Below are positions 59,796-64,000 of a stretch of DNA of 64,000 bases, piece after piece. Origin of the DNA: an uncultured Chthonomonadaceae bacterium (GTDB lineage Bacteria > Armatimonadota > Chthonomonadetes > Chthonomonadales > Chthonomonadaceae); NCBI GenBank assembly GCA_963835065.1, contig CAWIEK010000057.1, positions 1 to 64,000 on the forward strand, given 5' to 3'. The notes beneath the pieces were generated by a model. The model worked only from the letters and a program-made list of their open reading frames with translations, had not been told where the DNA came from and ran no database searches. How positions within the stretch are numbered: position 1 is the stretch's first letter; every line of letters begins with the position of its first letter. The translations under genes were made by a program, and so were the position numbers.

Positions 59796-61811
59796 ATGAG
59801 ATCGCTTGCTTTGCAACGTTATAGCGCCGCTTTGCTGCTCACGGCTTTGTGCGCCTGCCCGCCCTACGCCGCGCCACAGGGCAATGCCAGTCAGCCCGCG
59901 CCTGTCAACGCCACCGGCAAGCCCCAAAAGCCATCCAAGCCCGCGCCGAAAACGTCTGCCGCAGAGTCAGTGCAGGGCTTGAAAATCGGGGAAGATGTTG
60001 CCATTACTCACATGCGCGGAATGCACATCGGGCAGAAAGAAGGCGAGGTTATCTTTGCAGGCCCGGATGTTCATCTGGAAAGCGTCAACAAAGCAAAGGG
60101 TACGCATATTGATGTGATTGCCAATCACGCCATCGGAGTCAGACGCCCCAACCACCACGATACGGCAGACCTGACCGGCAATGTGCGCTACACGATCACG
60201 GAGAAAACGCCAGATGGTACGCGCATCGTGCAGGGAACGGCGCAGCGCGCTTACTATACGGAAGCGAACAAGGGACTGCAGCTGCTCGGCGGCGTCAACG
60301 CTACGCTGACCGACCCCCTCCACTTTGACGGCCCGGCAACCCTGCGCGTCGCCACCCTGAACATGCCGGAGGAAGGGCACATTGAACTGACGGGCGATCC
60401 GAGTACAACGGATGCGCGCTTTACGCCCCACATTCCCACCCCCGCCGAAGCAGCCAAGCCGAAAAAGCCTGCCGAAAACGCGACTGCCGCCAATCTGAAA
60501 ACCAAGCGCAAAGCAATTCCGGCTGTCGGCACGGTGCATGTCACCGGCTTCCGCACGGGGCATGTCAACCAGAATCAAGACGCGGCTTTTGAAGGCCCGC
60601 TTGTCACGGTTGAAACCAACAACGCGCAGACCAAAGCGCAAAACACGTTCAAAGCGCCGCGTATTACGGCGGGTTTGGAAAAACTCAAGCGAAGCATCAA
60701 CGCGCAGGGCGGCATTCAGTTCGACAGCCGCGCTGTGGACGCCCAACACAACCCGCAGCGTTTGGAAGGAACCGCAGCAACGGCTTCCTGGAACGAAGAA
60801 AACGCCACATTGGAGGTGGACGGCAATATCATCGCCACACTGACCAATCCCGTTGCCCTGCTGGAACCCGCCACGCTGACCGCCGGACATCTCACCGCCA
60901 CATTAAGCGACACCCCTCGCTACGTCGTCACCGGGACACCCGAACGCACCCGCTTTGCCTTTGCTCCACGTCCGGCAGCAAAGAAGGGAAAAGGGAAAAG
61001 GGAAAAGGGAAAAGAAGCCGTCGCCGCGAATCCGCAAACTGTGCCTGTAACGCCCAATACGCCGAACAATAGCGCAACGCCCGCTCCTGCTACTGCGCCC
61101 GACAAGCCCACAGCGCAGGGAACAATAACTCAGGGAACAGGGAACAGGGAACAGGGAACAGAGGGGAAGAGGGAAGAGTCGCCAGAATTAGAGCCACCCG
61201 ACCTTGACCAATCCGGCCCAACACCCAACACCCAACACCCAACACCCACTTCCCTGTTCGCCTTCGGCAACATCGTTGTATCGGGGTTTCAGACGGCGAC
61301 CTATGAACCGGGCAGTACGATTACGGTGGCGGGACCGAAGGTGCATTTCACGTCCACAAATGGCAAGACAAAAGACTTTGCCGAGATGTTCGCGCCCAAT
61401 CTATCCGCCGAGTTCGACGACGATAACAATATTGTGTCTACCAAAGCGTCCGGCGGCGTGACCTACAAGTTCGAGCAGCCCATCAAAGGGCGCAAGGAAA
61501 CGCGGTGGATGGAGGGCGATGGGCGCAATGTGGTGTTCACCAACACAGAAGATTCCCGCATGGTGCAAGTGGAAGGGATCAGCCGTTTGGACTACTACAA
61601 CATCATCGCGTTTCCCGATGTGCTACACAGCCGCTATCTCAACAAAGACGGTCAGATAACTTACAATCTGGCAAACGGGGATTTCGATGATAAAAGCCCG
61701 TCAACGCAGGTCAACGTTAATTTTTCCTTGTACGCGCCGCCGCCCAAGCCCGCTCTGCCTGCGAACGCGAAGAAGTCTAATGGAAAGCGCAAGGAAGGCA
61801 TTAGGCATTAG
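59796..61811 (+). CDS. Large exported LptA/OstA-like beta-jellyroll protein
   Basis: Repeated LTGNV / LLGGV / AQGGI / ASGGV beta units; lies between lptC and lptB. Confidence 0.65.
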   Translation: MRSLALQRYSAALLLTALCACPPYAAPQGNASQPAPVNATGKPQKPSKPAPKTSAAESVQGLKIGEDVAITHMRGMHIGQKEGEVIFAGPDVHLESVNKAKGTHIDVIANHAIGVRRPNHHDTADLTGNVRYTITEKTPDGTRIVQGTAQRAYYTEANKGLQLLGGVNATLTDPLHFDGPATLRVATLNMPEEGHIELTGDPSTTDARFTPHIPTPAEAAKPKKPAENATAANLKTKRKAIPAVGTVHVTGFRTGHVNQNQDAAFEGPLVTVETNNAQTKAQNTFKAPRITAGLEKLKRSINAQGGIQFDSRAVDAQHNPQRLEGTAATASWNEENATLEVDGNIIATLTNPVALLEPATLTAGHLTATLSDTPRYVVTGTPERTRFAFAPRPAAKKGKGKREKGKEAVAANPQTVPVTPNTPNNSATPAPATAPDKPTAQGTITQGTGNREQGTEGKREESPELEPPDLDQSGPTPNTQHPTPTSLFAFGNIVVSGFQTATYEPGSTITVAGPKVHFTSTNGKTKDFAEMFAPNLSAEFDDDNNIVSTKASGGVTYKFEQPIKGRKETRWMEGDGRNVVFTNTEDSRMVQVEGISRLDYYNIIAFPDVLHSRYLNKDGQITYNLANGDFDDKSPSTQVNVNFSLYAPPPKPALPANAKKSNGKRKEGIRH

Positions 61812-61943
61812 ATATTAGATGTTAGATATTAGGCAGAAGATAGAAGGCAGAAGGCAGAAGGCAGAAGCCCAATACCTAACACCCGAATACCTGAACACCT
61901 GAACACCCTAAAACCTTAGAATAAAACCCTAAAACCCTAACCC
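61796..61943. repeat. Hybrid spacer: TTAGGCA/TTAGATA and GGCAGAA arms, then ACCTGAAC/AACCCTAA arms
   Basis: The entire intergenic gap is made of short tandem units. Confidence 0.9.
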
Positions 61944-61947
61944 AACC

Positions 61948-62850
61948 ATGCCTGAACAACTGCTGGAAATCACGGCTAAAAACCTTATCAAGAAATATCG
62001 CGGCAGGCCCGTCGTCAATGGCATCAGCATTGATGTGCATCAGGGTGAAATTGTCGGGCTGCTTGGGCCGAACGGCGCGGGCAAAACCACGACATTCTTA
62101 ATGGTTGTCGGACTCGTCAAGCCGCACCGGGGGCAGGTGCTGCTGGACGGGCAGGATATTACGCGCCGGCCCATGTACAAGCGCGCCCGCGCCGGTATCA
62201 GCTATCTGCCACAGGAAGCCTCGGTTTTTCGCAATTTGTCGGTGCAGGAAAACATTCATCTTGTGCTGCAAATGCAGCGACTGTCGCGCAAGCAGCGGGC
62301 CGAACGCGCCGATCAATTGATGGAGCAACTGCACGTCGAGAACCTGCGGCATCAGGTGGCGCGGACGCTTTCGGGCGGGCAGCGTCGGCGCGTCGAGATT
62401 GCGCGTTCGCTTGCCGCCAACCCGAAATTCATTCTGCTGGACGAGCCGTTTACGGGCGTAGACCCCAAAGCCATTGAGGACATCGAAGACATTATCGTCA
62501 GCCTGACCCGTTCCGCAGAGCGTATCGGTATCCTGATTACCGACCACAACGTCGAAGCCATGCTGCGCATCACCCAACGCGCCTACATCGTCGCGGACGG
62601 CCAGATTCGCGTTGCCGGCAAATCCAGTGAACTGATGTACGACCCGGAAGCCCGCGCCGCGTATTTCGGCGAACGCTTCGGCCAGCCCCGCGACTCCGCC
62701 CATGAACAAGCGGAACGCGAAGCCCGCCTCGCGGCGGAAGCCGATCTGCAAGCCCGCCTCGCGGCGGAAGCCGAACTCCGCCGCGCCAGTGGCGAGTGGG
62801 AGATGGAAGAGGAAAAAGGGAAAAGGGAAAAGGGAAAAGCAGAAGAATAG
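61948..62850 (+). CDS. lptB: LPS export ABC ATPase
   Basis: GPNGAGKT, YLPQEASVF, LSGGQRRRVEIAR, LLDEPF, ITDHNV. Confidence 0.96.
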   Translation: MPEQLLEITAKNLIKKYRGRPVVNGISIDVHQGEIVGLLGPNGAGKTTTFLMVVGLVKPHRGQVLLDGQDITRRPMYKRARAGISYLPQEASVFRNLSVQENIHLVLQMQRLSRKQRAERADQLMEQLHVENLRHQVARTLSGGQRRRVEIARSLAANPKFILLDEPFTGVDPKAIEDIEDIIVSLTRSAERIGILITDHNVEAMLRITQRAYIVADGQIRVAGKSSELMYDPEARAAYFGERFGQPRDSAHEQAEREARLAAEADLQARLAAEAELRRASGEWEMEEEKGKREKGKAEE

Positions 62851-62938
62851 GATGCGCAGCGCAACACTTTGAATGTTGTCGTAGGCGAAGGGTTTAGCCC
62901 GTTGCCTAAGCTAAACTTTTCCCTTTTCCCTTTTCCCT
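62817..62938. repeat. Perfect 23-bp inverted repeat of GGGAAAA heptamers spanning the lptB stop
   Basis: 62817-62839 vs 62916-62938. Confidence 0.9.
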
Positions 62939-62955
62939 CTCCAAAGGATACAAGC

Positions 62956-64000
62956 ATGAAATTAATAGATAAGGCCGTGCTGAAAGACCTGATTGGGCCG
63001 TTCATTAACGGCATGTTTATGTTCATCCTGCTTGTGTTTACCGCAGGGTTTTTGTTTCAGGCCACGACGCTGCTGGTGCAGGGCGTTCCCCTGCTCACGG
63101 TGATGAAGTTTATTTTGTATGTGCTGCCAAGCATTGTCACGCAGACGTTTCCGATGGCGATGCTGCTGGCGGCTCTGATGGGGTTCGGGCGGCTGTCCTC
63201 GGATCGGGAAGCGGTTGCTATTTTCGCCGCCGGAATTTCGTTTCCGCGCATGGCGCGGGCGGTGTTGTTGATGGGCGTCGTGGTGAGCGTCGTGGCGTTT
63301 ATGTGGAACGAGTATGTTGTGCCGCCCGCGAGTTCGGCTGCCGTGAAACTGCGAAGCGAAGCCGCGTCGAAGTTAGCCCAATCAGAAAAACAACTGTCGT
63401 TTCCGCTCATGTCTGCCGACAACAAGACTATTGAGCGCTTTATCAAGATAGATCACGGGTATGATGCGCGTACCAACACCATCAAGGGACTCACGCTGAT
63501 TCAATACAGCAAAGACCCGGCACACGCGGGCGAAGTGGAAGTGGAAGTGCATTGCGACCATGCCATTGTCAACGGCCAAAAAGGGCTGGACTGGAAATAC
63601 TACGACGGCTATGTCACCGTTCACGAATGGGACAAGAAGACAGGCCGGCTTGAAAGCGTTCAGCCCCTCAATTTCGATGTGCTGCAAGCCCTGCCCAAAG
63701 GCGCGAGCATGGGCAAGTCGTTCAGCGAGATTATGAACGCGCAGCGCGTGGACTCGGATACGCGCAGTTTCCGCGAACTGCGCGACGAAATCCGCTCCGA
63801 TTACAAAAAACAGCATTTGTCCGAAGCGCGTGGCAAGGAAGTGGATTTATACGGTAAAATTGCTCTGCCGCTTGCCAGTATCATCTTCGGGATTGTGGGC
63901 GCGGCGTTGGGCATCAGTACGCAGCGCGGAGCCAGTCGCACTGTCGGTTTTGGCATGGCATTGTTTATTGTGTTCGTGTATTGGGTCTTTTATCGCGCCA
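62956..64000 (+). CDS. LptF/LptG family permease, runs off the window end
   Basis: MKLIDKAVLKDLIGPF..LPSIVTQTFPMAMLLAALMGFGRLSSDREA..AAGIS; absent from the ORF track because there is no stop. Confidence 0.92.
   Translation, partial: MKLIDKAVLKDLIGPFINGMFMFILLVFTAGFLFQATTLLVQGVPLLTVMKFILYVLPSIVTQTFPMAMLLAALMGFGRLSSDREAVAIFAAGISFPRMARAVLLMGVVVSVVAFMWNEYVVPPASSAAVKLRSEAASKLAQSEKQLSFPLMSADNKTIERFIKIDHGYDARTNTIKGLTLIQYSKDPAHAGEVEVEVHCDHAIVNGQKGLDWKYYDGYVTVHEWDKKTGRLESVQPLNFDVLQALPKGASMGKSFSEIMNAQRVDSDTRSFRELRDEIRSDYKKQHLSEARGKEVDLYGKIALPLASIIFGIVGAALGISTQRGASRTVGFGMALFIVFVYWVFYRA

Overview
GC-rich bacterial chromosomal window. PEP-CTERM proteins, an lptC-lptA-lptB-lptF/G block, flgB-fliH and LLRAS-type C-termini suggest an Armatimonadota-like diderm (inference). 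It holds about 55 genes: housekeeping (lon, cysH/cysC, cca, rlmN, nudF-like, lpt, flagellar basal body), CAZymes, two toxin-antitoxin pairs, a MoxR/vWA-peptidase pair, three PEP-CTERM proteins (one ice-binding) and an intact IS5-family element with a TAA target duplication. About 10 single-base indels split otherwise intact genes and look like sequencing errors. Three things stand out. (1) A heptamer/octamer repeat system: all five junctions of the flagellar operon carry a 25-35 bp inverted repeat built from one of four heptamers. The G-rich arm always follows the stop codon and the C-rich arm always precedes the start. Unpaired, hybrid and in-frame arms occur elsewhere. (2) A family of 150-360 bp modular nested palindromes between genes. 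(3) A class III cyclase-TIR-AAA_35 fusion followed by a Clp ATPase with a degenerate second AAA ring and a YbjN-like protein, a candidate uncharacterised signalling or defence module. No rRNA, tRNA or CRISPR array was seen.
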